Shown here: positions 19,858 through 31,396 of the stretch, piece by piece
Numbering within the stretch: the first letter of the stretch is position 1
Layout of the letters: every line of letters begins with the position of its first letter
Assembly: GCA_964019335.1 (NCBI GenBank)
Contig: OZ025648.1
Coordinates: forward strand, 372,001-436,000
Direction: 5' to 3'
Length of the DNA: 64,000 bases
Origin: Diplonema japonicum
Lineage: Eukaryota > Protista > Euglenozoa: Diplonemea
Notes under the pieces: model-generated
Database searches by the model: none
Told to the model about the DNA's origin: nothing
What the model saw: the letters and a program-made list of their open reading frames with translations, nothing else
Made by a program: the position numbers and the translations under genes

Positions 19858-22800
19858 CTACCAATTCTGAGACTGCTTCCTTCTTGCAAAGGGATTGGTT
19901 GCGACAGACGTGGAAGACTGTAGAGGTGTTGAGAAAAAAAAGGGGGGGGGGAACACATGCCTCAGTAAACCTATTGGGAACAGGACTCTCTGACCCACCA
20001 GTGGGTGTTGCAGAAGGCACTGAGGATGTCAGAGCAACCTCAGCAGGAGACTCTTCGGGAGTCTTGAAGACAGATTCAGGAGTAACAGAAGCTGGTTCGC
20101 TAACGGGCACAACAGGCGGTGTCACATTACTGACCACAACAGGGGGAGCTGTAACCGGAGTAGAAGAGATAGGTGCTATAGTGGTGGGGACGGAGATCGG
20201 CACGGGAGTCGGGACAGGTTGAGCAGTTTTGCGGACCTAGAAAAAAAAAAAAAAATGAAAAAATTATTTTTCAATATTTTACCTTGCTAGCGACATCAGA
20301 GCTACCGTCCAATACACTGCTTAGAGTCCTTTTCGTCCCAACCGCAGCACCGGCAGGCGGAACCACAGCTGTTGTCGGTGTCGTTGTCGTTGTTGTTGTT
20401 GTTGTTGATGGTGGTGCGGGTGCTTCATCCTGCTGCTGCGTTTTCTTCATATTCTCAATCTGCTGGTCCATCGCCTTCATCTTCTCCTTGATCACTCCCA
20501 GCTCGTTCTCAAGCTTCTCTTTGCTATCCTTCAGCTGGCGGTTCTGTCCTGTGTACGCATTAATGGTCCGCAGGCACTGCTTCTTCTCGTCCTCCTTCAA
20601 TTTCAACTTCTCATCTCTGTCTTTCTGCAGGGTGAGAGAAAGTTAGAAGAAAAAAAAAGTGCCTGGCAAAGGGCATACCGCCAATGTGATCAGCTCATCC
20701 TTCGCTTTTTTCACCTCCTGATCCTTCGCTAATAAAACAAGCTTCTGCTTGGCTGCTTCTTGAACAGACTGTTTTTGGGTGAAGGTTGCAGAACAGGGGG
20801 GGAGGGGGGATCCTACCGAATTCTTCAAGCTGTTCATTTGAGCGCTGGCGGTTCTGAACTTCACGAGGGCATCGGCGACTTCCTTGCTTTTTTGCTTGAT
20901 CTCCTCCTTTAGTTTTGTGTTCTCCGTCCCGGCAGTTTTCCATTCATCGCATTTGCTCTGTGCAGTCTTCAGCTCGGCGAGCGCACTGTGTTTTTTTCTC
21001 TTTTTTTCCGTCCCTTCTTTTTTTTTGTTGCATACTTTTCTTCCCTCTCGCTGGTTTCTTTGAGCTCTTCTTTCAGGTTATCAATACGGCGTTCCAGCTT
21101 TGCGGACATCTCGGATTGTGTGTTCTGCATTGTGACGGCTGCCTGGAGGCGCAGCTGGTCGTTCTGCACCCGCACTATCTTAGACTCCATGCGCTCCGCT
21201 CGCAGCTGATCTTCAAGCTCCTTGTTGCGCGACCGCATGCAGTCGATAACTGCAGTCACATCCTTCTCTTCGATGCACTTTGCGGGCTCCATAGCCGCGA
21301 GTGCCGTGTGCACTTTGTCCAATTCAGCCTTTAGCTTTTGCACCTCTTCGTGGTCCACTTCTTGGATGCTGAGTTTCCCCCCAGTAATTGCGGGCAGATT
21401 GTCCTCTTTTTGCTTCATTGCTTGCAGTTCTTTCGTCAGCTCTGCTTTGCTGAAGATGGCTTCTTCGTAGCTCCTCCTCACCGAGTGTGCCTCATCTTCA
21501 GCGGCTAAACACCTCGTTTGCGCGTCCCGTCTGCCGTCTTCGCCTTCGTCAAGCTCGCGTTGCAGCTCTTCATTCTTTTTCGCCAGCTCTTCCATCTTTG
21601 CTTTCTGTTCCGCCTCGGCCTGCTTGATAGCAGTCTCCCTCTCGTTTAACTCCGTGGACTGCTTCGCAAATGCAGCCAGTCTGTCCACCTCCTTCTTCTC
21701 TGCCTGCTCAAGCTTTCCTTTCAGGTCTGCGATCTCCAGTGCGTTGCTCTTCAGGTCGCTGTGCGAGCTGCGCGTCATCTCTTCCAGTTTGTGCAGTGCC
21801 GTCTTCAGCCCCCCGATGGTCGTGCCAAGTGCTTGGTTCTCAATGTGTGCTTCCTCCAGCTCCTTCTGCACGGCTTGTATGTCGTCCCTTGTGGGTTTTG
21901 TGTAGTTCGTCTCGCCCTCGACTGTGTCTGCCTGCTTCAGGTGCTTCCGTTCTGCTTCTGAGATGTCGAGGTCCGCCGCTAATTTCTTGTTACGCATTAT
22001 CTGTTGTTTGTGCTGCTCCCTTTCGAGCTCAAACTTAGCCGTTGCAGTCGCTAGTTGCTCCCTGGCAGTCGCCAGTTGTGCGTTCAGGTCCGTGGTCTCC
22101 TGTTCGTGTTTGGCACGTTGTGTACGCAAGGTGTTGTTGGTGCTGGACAGCTCTTCCTCCCGCTTGCTCAAGGTCTGTCTTGCTTCATCACGCTCAGACT
22201 TCACCTGTGCATCGGACACAGCCTTGTGCTCTTGGATGAAGGACTTCACGCCATTCACCTGAGTCAAAACATCGGCTATCCTGTTCCCCGACTCCATCAT
22301 ACTCTTGTTGGACTCGCCCAGCCTCTCCAGTTCCTGTTTCAGCAGCTGTTGCTGTGCTTCGAGTGTTGCGACCTTAACATGGGACTCTTTCAGGTTGCTC
22401 TGCGAGTCCAGCAGCATCTTCAGCGTTTCGTCGGACGCCTTCTCAGAGATACCCGCCTGCATTTTGTAGTAGTCGCGTTCCTGCACGAGGTGCTTCTCGT
22501 TGTTGAGCGAGTGGTTGTACAGGGATTGGATGTGCTGTCTGTTTGCCTCAATGGTGTCCGACTGCCGTTGCATTTCATGCGTTTCGTACTTCAGCTTGTC
22601 GACCTCGTCCCTTGCTGCGGCAAGCTCGTCTGTGAGGGCCTGTCGGTTCTGAAGGTCGATGGCAAGCTTGCTCTCCTCGTCAGAGGGTGCTCGTGTGCTG
22701 ACGTACGGCGACTCTGCTTCTGTCACTGCCGAGCTGGACAACAGCTTCTTGTACCTCCCGCACTCCTCAAGGGTTGCTGCAAGCCTCTTGCACTTCTCAT

Positions 22801-24397
22801 GACTAGTCTGCAACTCCTTCTTCAACGAGTCACGGTCCTCCTCCAACCCCTTCATCTTCAAGGCAACCTGGTCCAGCTCAGTGTTGAACTGCGACTGCAT
22901 CGAGTCTTGAAGCGTCTGCAGCTCCCGTTTGTGGTCTCTTTCCTTGCCGTTGATCACGGTGCTCAGTTCTGCATTCTTCTGCTGGATCTCCTTGATCCCG
23001 TTGTACTCCAACGCCAGCAGCTCGTCGTCGCCGTCTTCGCTGTGGCGTCCCTCGTGCAGCAAGTACTGCAACTGCGCCGACAACATGTCGTTGGTTTTGG
23101 ACACGTCCTCTGCTTGGTCGACCGCAACCTGGTTCTGTTCCCTCCATTCCACCGCTGCGTCACGGACGCTCTTCACCTGTGACAGTTCGTACTGTGTATC
23201 GATGAGACGCTGTGCCAGCTGGTCGGTCCTGTTTTTCTCCTGTCCCAGCATTTTGGCGTCTGCCTCCTTGCTCTCCACTGCACCCTTGTACAGCCCTTGG
23301 ATCTGCTGCAGTTTGGCCTTGGTCAACTCCAGTTCCTCCTTGGTGTCGACGATCGTGGCGAATGTAAAAGGAGCCTCCGCCTGCGACTCACCGTCCACCT
23401 TCAGCATTGGATGGATCGATCTGAGCTGCGTCTTCAACTTCACCACCTCGTGCTCAGCGAGGTTCCTGGCTGCGGTCAGGCTTTTGATCTCTTCGGTGCT
23501 CTCTGAGCGCGACGCTTGCACTATCTTGTTGGCCTCGCCCATCAGACGTTTAAGCTCCTGGATCTCAGAGTCCTTACGGGTTAGTTGAGTCTCCTTCTCG
23601 TTGAGTGCCTCCTCCAGCTGTTTCTTGAGCGCCTCGTTGATGTTCAGTTTGTTGGTGAAAAGAGCAACGTCGTTGTGAAGCCCTTCAATTTCGCTCTTCT
23701 TGCTGTCTTCGTGAGACTCAAGGTCATGGATGGCCTGCTTGCAGCGCAGAGCCTTTTCTTCCAAAGTACATTTGGTGTGGTGCAGGTCTTGCTGGAAGGT
23801 CTCGCGCTCCTGGCGAAGCTTCGAGATTGTTGCCGCGCATTCTTGCTCCACCTGCTCGAGCTGGGACTGCAGCTTGTCGTTGGTTCCTTTGAGTGCTGTG
23901 TTGCTGTAGTTAGCGGTGTTCAGCTGGACCTCAAGCTCGGAGAGTTTGGCTTGAAGCCTGTTCTTCTCAGTAGTAAGATCTTTCGAATGCTTGCCTTGGT
24001 CAAGGGACTCTTTGAGGTATGTTTGGTTCTCAGTGGCGAGCTTCTGGTTGCGAACGAGGATTGTGTTCAATTCCTCTTCGGCAGAGACGGCTCTGGAGAG
24101 CGTGCCTTCGAGACGGACTTGGCACTCTTTCAGGTGGGTCTCGGCCTCGGCCTTGCTTTTTTTAAGCTCTTCCAGACTTTCCATTTCGTTGATGTCGGTG
24201 CCGCCGCTGATGCGCTTCAGCTGGATTTTCAATTGCGTGTTCTCGTCAGTGAGCTTCTTCACATCGGCTGATAGTTTGATCACAGATCCGTGCATGGCAG
24301 CCGCCTTCCTTTCGGGATCGAACACTAACACTTCATCGTCAGATACTGCGCTTTCAATCTCAGACTCATCAGAGGGTCGCACTGCTTGTTCATCCAT
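19858..24397 (-). CDS. Tpr/Mlp1-like nuclear-basket coiled-coil protein; 5 putative introns (20986-21035, 20769-20816, 20625-20678, 20237-20282, 19918-19960)
   Basis: Long coiled coil with LSAQLQYLL and YNGIKEIQQKNAEL resembling Tpr/Mlp motifs. The frame is restored across the introns; P/T/V-rich tail. The last intron and the stop position are less certain. Confidence 0.7.
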
Positions 24398-25036
24398 GGT
24401 GCCCTGGTAGTAAATGTTAATTGTAGTTTGTTTTAAATATCAACGTTAAAAATACTTTACAACATGTTCGATAGGGAGAGAGGGGGAGGGAGGTGTGGTA
24501 GGAGCAATGTGTTAACTTTTTTTTTTTGTTTTTACAAATACAAACATGGTTACTAACGCTGAGAGGAATAACTGGGTGGGGGGAAATTAAAAAGGAAGAA
24601 GGGGTGAGAAGAATCCCCACCATCTGGAAAACATATAGTCCGCCTTCCCCTTTTCTTTTATTTCCCCTTCTCTGTTAGTTCATAATACTAGTTCCTTTTT
24701 ATTTTCCCCCTCTTGATCGTTAAATAAATAAATAACTAACAGCAGGGGGGTGGGGGGTCGGGGAGGAAACAAAGAAAACAAAAACAAAAAAAAAAACAAA
24801 AAAAAAGGAACCAAAAAAAAAAAAAAGAAAAACAAGAGAACAGGCAACAGAAACTGTTTCACAATCCGTTCACCTAACCCCTGGCTACACGGGCAAAGGG
24901 GTAAATAAGGGTCTAACCGTATCCTGATCACACGGCAGTTGAAAGATAACACGCAGAGGGTGCTTTTTCCTATCTAAAATAAAAAGGAAAACGATAAAGG
25001 TGCAAGCCACACACGAGAAAAAAAAAAGAAAAAAAA

Positions 25037-25077
25037 GAGACATTTAAGGGTACCTGCGGTGTGTGGCAGGACGCCTG
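25037..25077. repeat. 41-bp dispersed element, copy 3
   Basis: One mismatch to 26-66. Confidence 0.9.
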
Positions 25078-25114
25078 AAGAGTCTCAAAAAAAAAAGAAG
25101 AAGAACTGTACAAC

Positions 25115-25146
<32 letters not shown>

Positions 25147-25170
25147 AAAAAAAAGAAAGAAAGAAAAAAG

Positions 25171-25234
25171 AAACTCGATAAAATTTCAGAAATTCACACT
25201 AATTCACCCGTTCTGCGGTTGCTGTCTGGTGCCT
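25171..25234. repeat. Dispersed repeat module shared with 54618-54713
   Basis: AAACTCGATAAAATTTCAG...AAATTCACACTAATT...CCGTTCTGCGGTTGCTGTCTGGTGCCT is present at both loci. Confidence 0.85.
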
Positions 25235-25246
25235 TAAAATGTTCCT

Positions 25247-27331
25247 TTAGTGTGTTTTAGAACTGTCCCAAACAGCTGACGAGGCCCTCCGTGGGGTGAT
25301 GTTCTGGGGGTTCTGGGGTTGAAGCTGGTGTTGAGGGTTGGCACTCATCCAAGCCAAGGCTGACCTGGTGATGCTGTTATCGCGCAGAGGGGAAATAGAG
25401 CGAGCACCTTCAGGACACGCTGTGGAGACCCCGCCGGGGGAAGCAGACCCACCCCTACCAGGGGAGGCGGGGGAGTCAGCTGCGAGCATGAGCGCCTTGC
25501 GTGCTTGCTGTAATTTTAGCTCGTTCTCGTAGCCCATGCCCGCCGAAGATACAATTGCATGGCGTGCTGCGTCAAGCTTCCCGCGGAGGTCAAGTAGCTT
25601 GGCGTCCTTGTCTTTAATCTTGTTGCGGAGCTTCTCGATCTGCGCTTCAGCTTCCCCTGCCGCCACGAAAGCTGCTTTGAAGCAGCATGCCTTCATGCCT
25701 GCGCTTACTTCTGAGTTCGGTATGGCATCAAAGCCCCCAAACATCATTGAAGATGGGTACGCTGTGCCCACACCACCGTGCTGTGTGCGTTGGGCTCTTT
25801 CAAAGGCCTGGATCATAACCTGCGGGTTGCCTGACGCCATTGCTTTCTTTAAGTTTTGAATCTCTTCTCTGAGGTCGCCGTTCTCCTCGCGAAGAGTGGT
25901 GTTCTCCTTTGACAGCTTTCCTTTCTTCGGGCGGCGGCGTTTCTGTTTCACGTCGGTGCGCTTTTGTTTCATTTCCGACACCACTTCCTCGATCGGCTTC
26001 CCGAGCACCGATAGTTCTTCCTGCTTCGCCTGCTTCGTCCCCTTGTCCATGAGCTGCTTCATCGCCATCGCCAGTTCCGTGTCAAGATGTTCGACCTGAT
26101 GCACGAAGTCGTTCAGTAACCCTTGCAGCCTGTCGATGTCCTTCGTGCGGAACTCTATCGCCGTCTCGAGCGACCAGATCTGGGAGTTGAGCAGAGCGAC
26201 TTCGTTGTCCGCTTGGGAGATGAGCGACGCGGACTCCGACATGGTCTCGGTCTCATCCTCGTGCGCCGCAAAGTCAGCAAGCTGCTGTTTCAGTTTTGCG
26301 ATCTCATCGTCCTTGGCGCTCAGTAGTTCGTTGAACTGTGCCTGCTGTGTGTCCGATGTTGGGTTCGACACGTTCTTCGACATCGCGGCCGCCACGGCCC
26401 TCTTGTCCGCCTCTCGTACTTCTTGCTCCAGACGTGCGATGGTCGCGTCCTTCTTTGAAATCTCGTCCTTGTGCTTCTTCGCTGCCTTGCTCGTACCATC
26501 TTTGCCTTTTGTTTCCAGTTTCCTAGTTGCGGCTTTCGCGTCGCTGAGATCGGCTTTCAACGTTGTTACCTGCGATTCGAGTTGCGAGATGGCTGCCTTG
26601 TGGTCGTTGCAGTTCGGGCACTTCGAGAAGTCGACGACAGGTGAGATAGGGAAGGCGGGTGTGATGGGTGAACGCACTGCAGGTGTAGCAGCAAGGCTGG
26701 ATTTGACAGGCGTGACGGGAGGGCGTGCGCTTGGAGCAGACTGCTGCGAAGCAACAGAGGGTGTGTGGTGGCTGCGCTGAGATCCCGCGACAGAGCTTTT
26801 ACGAGAAGGGGGCTGCGAGCCCTGCTGGGAGGCATTCTCAAGCGCCGCCCTCTCACGAGCAAGTATGCTGCGACGCTCCTCAGGGGACAGCACGTCTGGC
26901 TCCTCACGGTCGGACTTGATTTTAGGTATAAGACGGGGACCTTCTGGCTGTTTCTGAAGGGCGAGCTTGCGACGCTCCTCAGGAGGCAGCACGTCGACCT
27001 CTTCACGATCGGACTTGATTTTAGGGATCACACGCTCAGCTCGATCAGCACCCATGGAGACGCTCTCTCTATGCAGCTTCAGGCGCTCCTCGGGGGGGAG
27101 CACATCGGCTTCTTCACGATCGGACTTGATCTGAGGGATCATACGCTTGGGAGGCAGTGGAGTTGCAGGCGACATTGGACTCTTAGGTCTCCCAAGGCTC
27201 CTCGGCTGCGACAGGGGGTCTTTAGGTCCAGCCGCTGTGCCGCTCCCCTTGCGTGCCAAGGGCGGGTTGGACACTTTTGCATCCGGCGGGTTCGCATTTT
27301 CGAACATACTGGTCTTCGATGCAATACTCAT
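25247..27331 (-). CDS. Coiled-coil protein with three IPxIKSDREExDVLxPEER repeats
   Basis: Probable start is MSIASKTSMFE after an A-rich leader; the upstream ORF extension is low-complexity. Confidence 0.75.
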   Translation of the reverse strand: MSIASKTSMFENANPPDAKVSNPPLARKGSGTAAGPKDPLSQPRSLGRPKSPMSPATPLPPKRMIPQIKSDREEADVLPPEERLKLHRESVSMGADRAERVIPKIKSDREEVDVLPPEERRKLALQKQPEGPRLIPKIKSDREEPDVLSPEERRSILARERAALENASQQGSQPPSRKSSVAGSQRSHHTPSVASQQSAPSARPPVTPVKSSLAATPAVRSPITPAFPISPVVDFSKCPNCNDHKAAISQLESQVTTLKADLSDAKAATRKLETKGKDGTSKAAKKHKDEISKKDATIARLEQEVREADKRAVAAAMSKNVSNPTSDTQQAQFNELLSAKDDEIAKLKQQLADFAAHEDETETMSESASLISQADNEVALLNSQIWSLETAIEFRTKDIDRLQGLLNDFVHQVEHLDTELAMAMKQLMDKGTKQAKQEELSVLGKPIEEVVSEMKQKRTDVKQKRRRPKKGKLSKENTTLREENGDLREEIQNLKKAMASGNPQVMIQAFERAQRTQHGGVGTAYPSSMMFGGFDAIPNSEVSAGMKACCFKAAFVAAGEAEAQIEKLRNKIKDKDAKLLDLRGKLDAARHAIVSSAGMGYENELKLQQARKALMLAADSPASPGRGGSASPGGVSTACPEGARSISPLRDNSITRSALAWMSANPQHQLQPQNPQNITPRRASSAVWDSSKTH

Positions 27332-27813
27332 TTTTGCTTCTTTTTTTTTTTTAAATTTTCTTTTTCTTTCTTCTTTTGTTACTTTATACCCCTCCTGAAA
27401 TTTTGCAAAAGAAAAAAAAAGGGGGGGAGGGAGAGAGCAAACGAGTAAGGAAAAAAAAAATAATTTAAAATTTCCGAATAAAAAAAAAAAAAAAACGGGT
27501 GGGAGGGGGAGAGAATGGCACAAAAAAAAAAAATCCTCCGCAGGGGAAGTAACAAGACTCTCATATAACTTTTGTAAAGGAGGCACAGGGGATAGAGCAG
27601 AAGTAAAAATCTTTTAAAAAAAATGTCTGCATCCACTCTTTTTTTTTTATTCCGCTTGTTCTGATTGGATTATTCAATACAGACTTTTTTCTTAATAGCC
27701 CCCCCCCCCTTCTCCCCTGCCTTCCTTTCCGCACAACTATCGATGTAACGTGATTGGGAGCGAGACCCAAAGAGAAGTTGAGAAACTCATTTTGTTTCTT
27801 TTTTTTTTTTGCT

Positions 27814-29316
27814 TCAATCTTTACCTATTACATTGTCGAGCCGTGAAAATTCAGCGAGGAGCCCTTCAATCTGTGTAAGTTGAAAATAAGACAGAGGAGG
27901 GGGGGGGGGGGGGAGAGCACACACCTCACCCCCCAACGAATCTCTCCTTTCCATACACCTGGAAGACGGTGAAGGCGATAACCGTTCACTGCGCATGCTG
28001 CACTTCTTATTAATGCCCAGACTGCTTGATCTGGGGGTTGAAGAGGGGATCATCTCAAGGGTTTCATCACCAAACTCTTCATAAGTTTCTGTTTTTTTTC
28101 TTCTTCTCTCTTCCTTTTTTTTCCCCAATACCTTTATCAGCATCATCGCCACCATCAAGCGCCTTTGTGGCCTCTGTCAGCCAGGCATCTCCCGTCGCAA
28201 GGCCCATTGGGTCAGACTTTTTTTTTTTTTTTTTCCCTGACCAAAAAGAAAAAAAAAAAAAAATACCAAAATTTCGTTTTCCAGCTGAGTGAGTTCATCC
28301 TCCCTTATGTCTTTCGAGGGGATCTGTGGAGAGTCCGCGGACAGCATCGGTGGAGAGGGGACGGGTTGTTGCTGTTGTTGTTGTTGTAGTTGTTGTTGTA
28401 GTTGCTGCTGCTGTTGTCGTTGGTGTTGCTGTTGCTGCAGCTGTTGCTGTTCGATTTTCATCTTCGCCCCGGCCTCGTTCTCCTTTACAATGCGGAGCAG
28501 AGAAGCTTGGAGGATCTTCGCCCGCATCAGCGCATCGATCGACGGCCGGATCGCCTGCTCTTTGCAGAGCATTCGCGACAAGATAGACCGCAAGCCTTCA
28601 CTGTAGTGAGAGGGAACAGGTGCTGGTTGGTCACATTGAATACTTTGCATAATCTCGGTAAGCGAGTTCCCAGAGAATGCAAACCGCTGCGCTAGCAGTT
28701 CGTACAAAATACATCCCATAGCCCAAATGTCTGTCTTGTTGTTGTAAGGCCGTCCGGCTACAAGTTCAGGGCTGAAGTAATTGGGAGTTCCGCATAGAGA
28801 GTGTGCATGCTGCCATGTGTGTCGCAATGCTGTCGCCAACCCGAAGTCCCCTAGCTTCACGATGTTGTTGCTGGTTAGAAATACGTTTTGGGATTTCAGG
28901 TCCCTGTGCAGGATTTTTCTGCTGTGTAAATGCTTCACCGCGAGAGAGATTTGCGTGAACAGATACAGCACCCCCTCTTCCTCCATGGGCTCCTTCAGCC
29001 CTGCGATCTTCTGGTAGAGATCGCCCCCATCTGCGAATTCCATGACAATGTAGAGAACATGCCCAGCCGGGATGCACTCCTCGTATCTCACGATGTTCGG
29101 GTGTTTCAGTGCTGACAGAATCTTCACCTCCGAGTCGACCGCTTCCCTCTCGATGGGTGACATCTTCCCGATGTTCATCTCCTTTGCGATGAAGTGTTCC
29201 CGCCCACGTGACACCAAGATCGCAGCCCCAAAACTCCCCGCCCCTACCGTCCGTATGCATGAGTACCGGCTCATCTCCCGTGGGAGCGACTTCGAGGGGC
29301 TGCGGGGTTGGTTCAT
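27814..29316 (-). CDS. NIMA-related (NEK) Ser/Thr kinase with polyQ tail; 3 introns (28217-28266, 28089-28131, 27871-27924)
   Basis: GAGSFG, HPNIVRY, HRDLKSQNVFL, KLGDFG, GTPNYFSPE and YNNKTDIWAMG; the C-terminal frame is restored by GT..AG introns. Confidence 0.9.
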
Positions 29317-29383
29317 TTTTCTTCCCCCCCCCTTTTTTTTCCGTGTTTGATTTCATTAAAAAAAGAAAAAGAAAAAAAAAATC

Positions 29384-31045
29384 CTACAAGAAATTTCTTG
29401 CGAACCGGAACTCGACCGCGACACCAAGACTAGGCTCCTCATTGTACGTTTTGTGGCCCCATTCTGGGGGCACGTATAGTATGTCGCTTCCAAGCTGCGT
29501 GCAGTGGTAACTACCCTGGACAGCTAGCGTTTTATTGGTGGTGAACACCGAAGCAGACGGGGGAGTGAGCTCCCAATTCTTACGGCCGTAGATCAACGCG
29601 TTCCACGCATCCGAGTGCAGGTGCATTGGTGCACCGCTTGCGGTACCTCCGAGGTAAAACTGCCCTTTGAAAACAGACTCGGAATCTCCCGATCGCAGCA
29701 TGCCAGGGGGCACCTTCGACAGGAAGGAAGGCGGCGACGGTACACCCGCCAGGAGCTTACCAAAACGCCCGGAGAACGATTGAAAAATATAGTCGTTGAC
29801 AGTGTCGTTCCTGTCGAGATGGTTTGAAACGTAGTCCTTTAAGGAATATGTTTTGGACTGCAGCCCGAAGAGGGATGAATAAGGGATTTCACCGCCTTCC
29901 AGAACCTCCGAGCCGTGATCACGGAGAATGTCGTTTTTTTTCCATTGTCGCCGGAGGTTCCATGATTTTGCGCCACCCCGCATGAGGACGGGCTTTCCGA
30001 TGGATAGGTAATCTCCGAAAAACAAAAACGGTTCAGCTTCACCATCGATCACATCAATATCGCAAACTGCATCGCTGTCGACCGATTTCTTGACCCAACC
30101 TCCCAGCTCCCTCTTTTTTTTAATCTTCCGCATAGTTTTCTTTGGAGGGGCCACCATCACATCCGCATGGGTACGCTTCAAAATATCCTTCTGAGTCGTT
30201 CCCAGCATCTCAATAAGGTTGCCGTGGCCTTTTAGAGACGCGAGGTGTGCTGGAGTTTGACCGAGTTTGTCTTGAAGAGATTTGTCAGCACCATTGTGAA
30301 GAAAGTGTTTACATAGGTCGTAGTTTCCTGCTGATGCGGCAAGGTGCAAGGGTGTTCGTTGCAAGCTATCTTCCTTAGAGTTCAGCATGGAGTTGGTCAG
30401 AGGTATTTTTTCGATTAGCTTAAAGTTCCATTCGTTGATGGCAGATCTCACAGCAGCGTACTGGACTACCCTGGTTGGGTCTTCGAAGATTTTTTTTAGT
30501 TTTTCCGAGGTTTGCATCCCGGAGTTGATAGCAATATTGAGATATTCTGTGCGTTGACCGTGGGAGGCTCTTAGGAGTTGCCGTGACAACAAGATTGATT
30601 CCTGCATTGAGTTTCCAAGGATGTAATGTAGAATGGAGGCACCTTTTAACCGGCCTTTCTCTGTGTATATTTCGCCCGGGAAGAATTTCGACAGAATGTC
30701 AAGACATTCGCTGCACTTCACCATGGCGGCCTCGTGGACCGGGTGCAGCCCGAACCGCGCTGTTTCGATCGCTTGTTTTTTTTCGTTCAGTAGTTCCGTC
30801 ATCAACACCACAGCTTCGCTGTCGTGCGCCGCGCATTTTATCAAGGACGACAATGTTGCCTCTGGGGTGTTTGTTGCAACCATGTTCCTCTGACCGGTTT
30901 TCTCCGCCAAGCGTTCTCCTAATTTCGCGGCCCTTGTTTCAATTGTGCGGCTTCTGAGGAATATCCTGTCCCATCCGATATAGGCGGGAATGCACACTGC
31001 AATGGCTAAGACGATACATGTCACGATGGGTTGAAGGGTGGGCAT
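29384..31045 (-). CDS. Membrane-anchored ankyrin-repeat plus JmjC (JMJD8-like) protein
   Basis: N-terminal TM; RTPLHLAASAG and QTPAHLAS ankyrin motifs; GAPMHLHSDAWNALIYGRKNW and DILYVPPEWGH JmjC motifs. Confidence 0.85.
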   Translation of the reverse strand: MPTLQPIVTCIVLAIAVCIPAYIGWDRIFLRSRTIETRAAKLGERLAEKTGQRNMVATNTPEATLSSLIKCAAHDSEAVVLMTELLNEKKQAIETARFGLHPVHEAAMVKCSECLDILSKFFPGEIYTEKGRLKGASILHYILGNSMQESILLSRQLLRASHGQRTEYLNIAINSGMQTSEKLKKIFEDPTRVVQYAAVRSAINEWNFKLIEKIPLTNSMLNSKEDSLQRTPLHLAASAGNYDLCKHFLHNGADKSLQDKLGQTPAHLASLKGHGNLIEMLGTTQKDILKRTHADVMVAPPKKTMRKIKKKRELGGWVKKSVDSDAVCDIDVIDGEAEPFLFFGDYLSIGKPVLMRGGAKSWNLRRQWKKNDILRDHGSEVLEGGEIPYSSLFGLQSKTYSLKDYVSNHLDRNDTVNDYIFQSFSGRFGKLLAGVPSPPSFLSKVPPGMLRSGDSESVFKGQFYLGGTASGAPMHLHSDAWNALIYGRKNWELTPPSASVFTTNKTLAVQGSYHCTQLGSDILYVPPEWGHKTYNEEPSLGVAVEFRFARNFL

Positions 31046-31396
31046 TTTTTTTCTTTTTCTTCCCTTTTTTTTTTTTTCTTCTTTTTTTTCTTCTTCCCCC
31101 TTAAACTTAGCTACTGAACTTTAACATTCGCCCCGAAGGAGAGAAAGGTGCCCACGGGGAAAGAAGAAAAAAAAAAAAGCCCCATTAAAAAAAAGGTTGT
31201 TTCGATTTTTAGTGGTGCCACGCAGTATGTGACACAGCGTCATTAAGAAATAATAAAAAAAAAACTCTACTCTCTGGGATACATTGCTTGCTCCGCGTCA
31301 GATAGCCCCCCATGGGAAAGCCCTCTTTTTTTCAAATCTTGTGTGAATTCGTCCATTTCCTTCCAGTACACAACCTTGAGAGGGGGGGGTTTTTTT

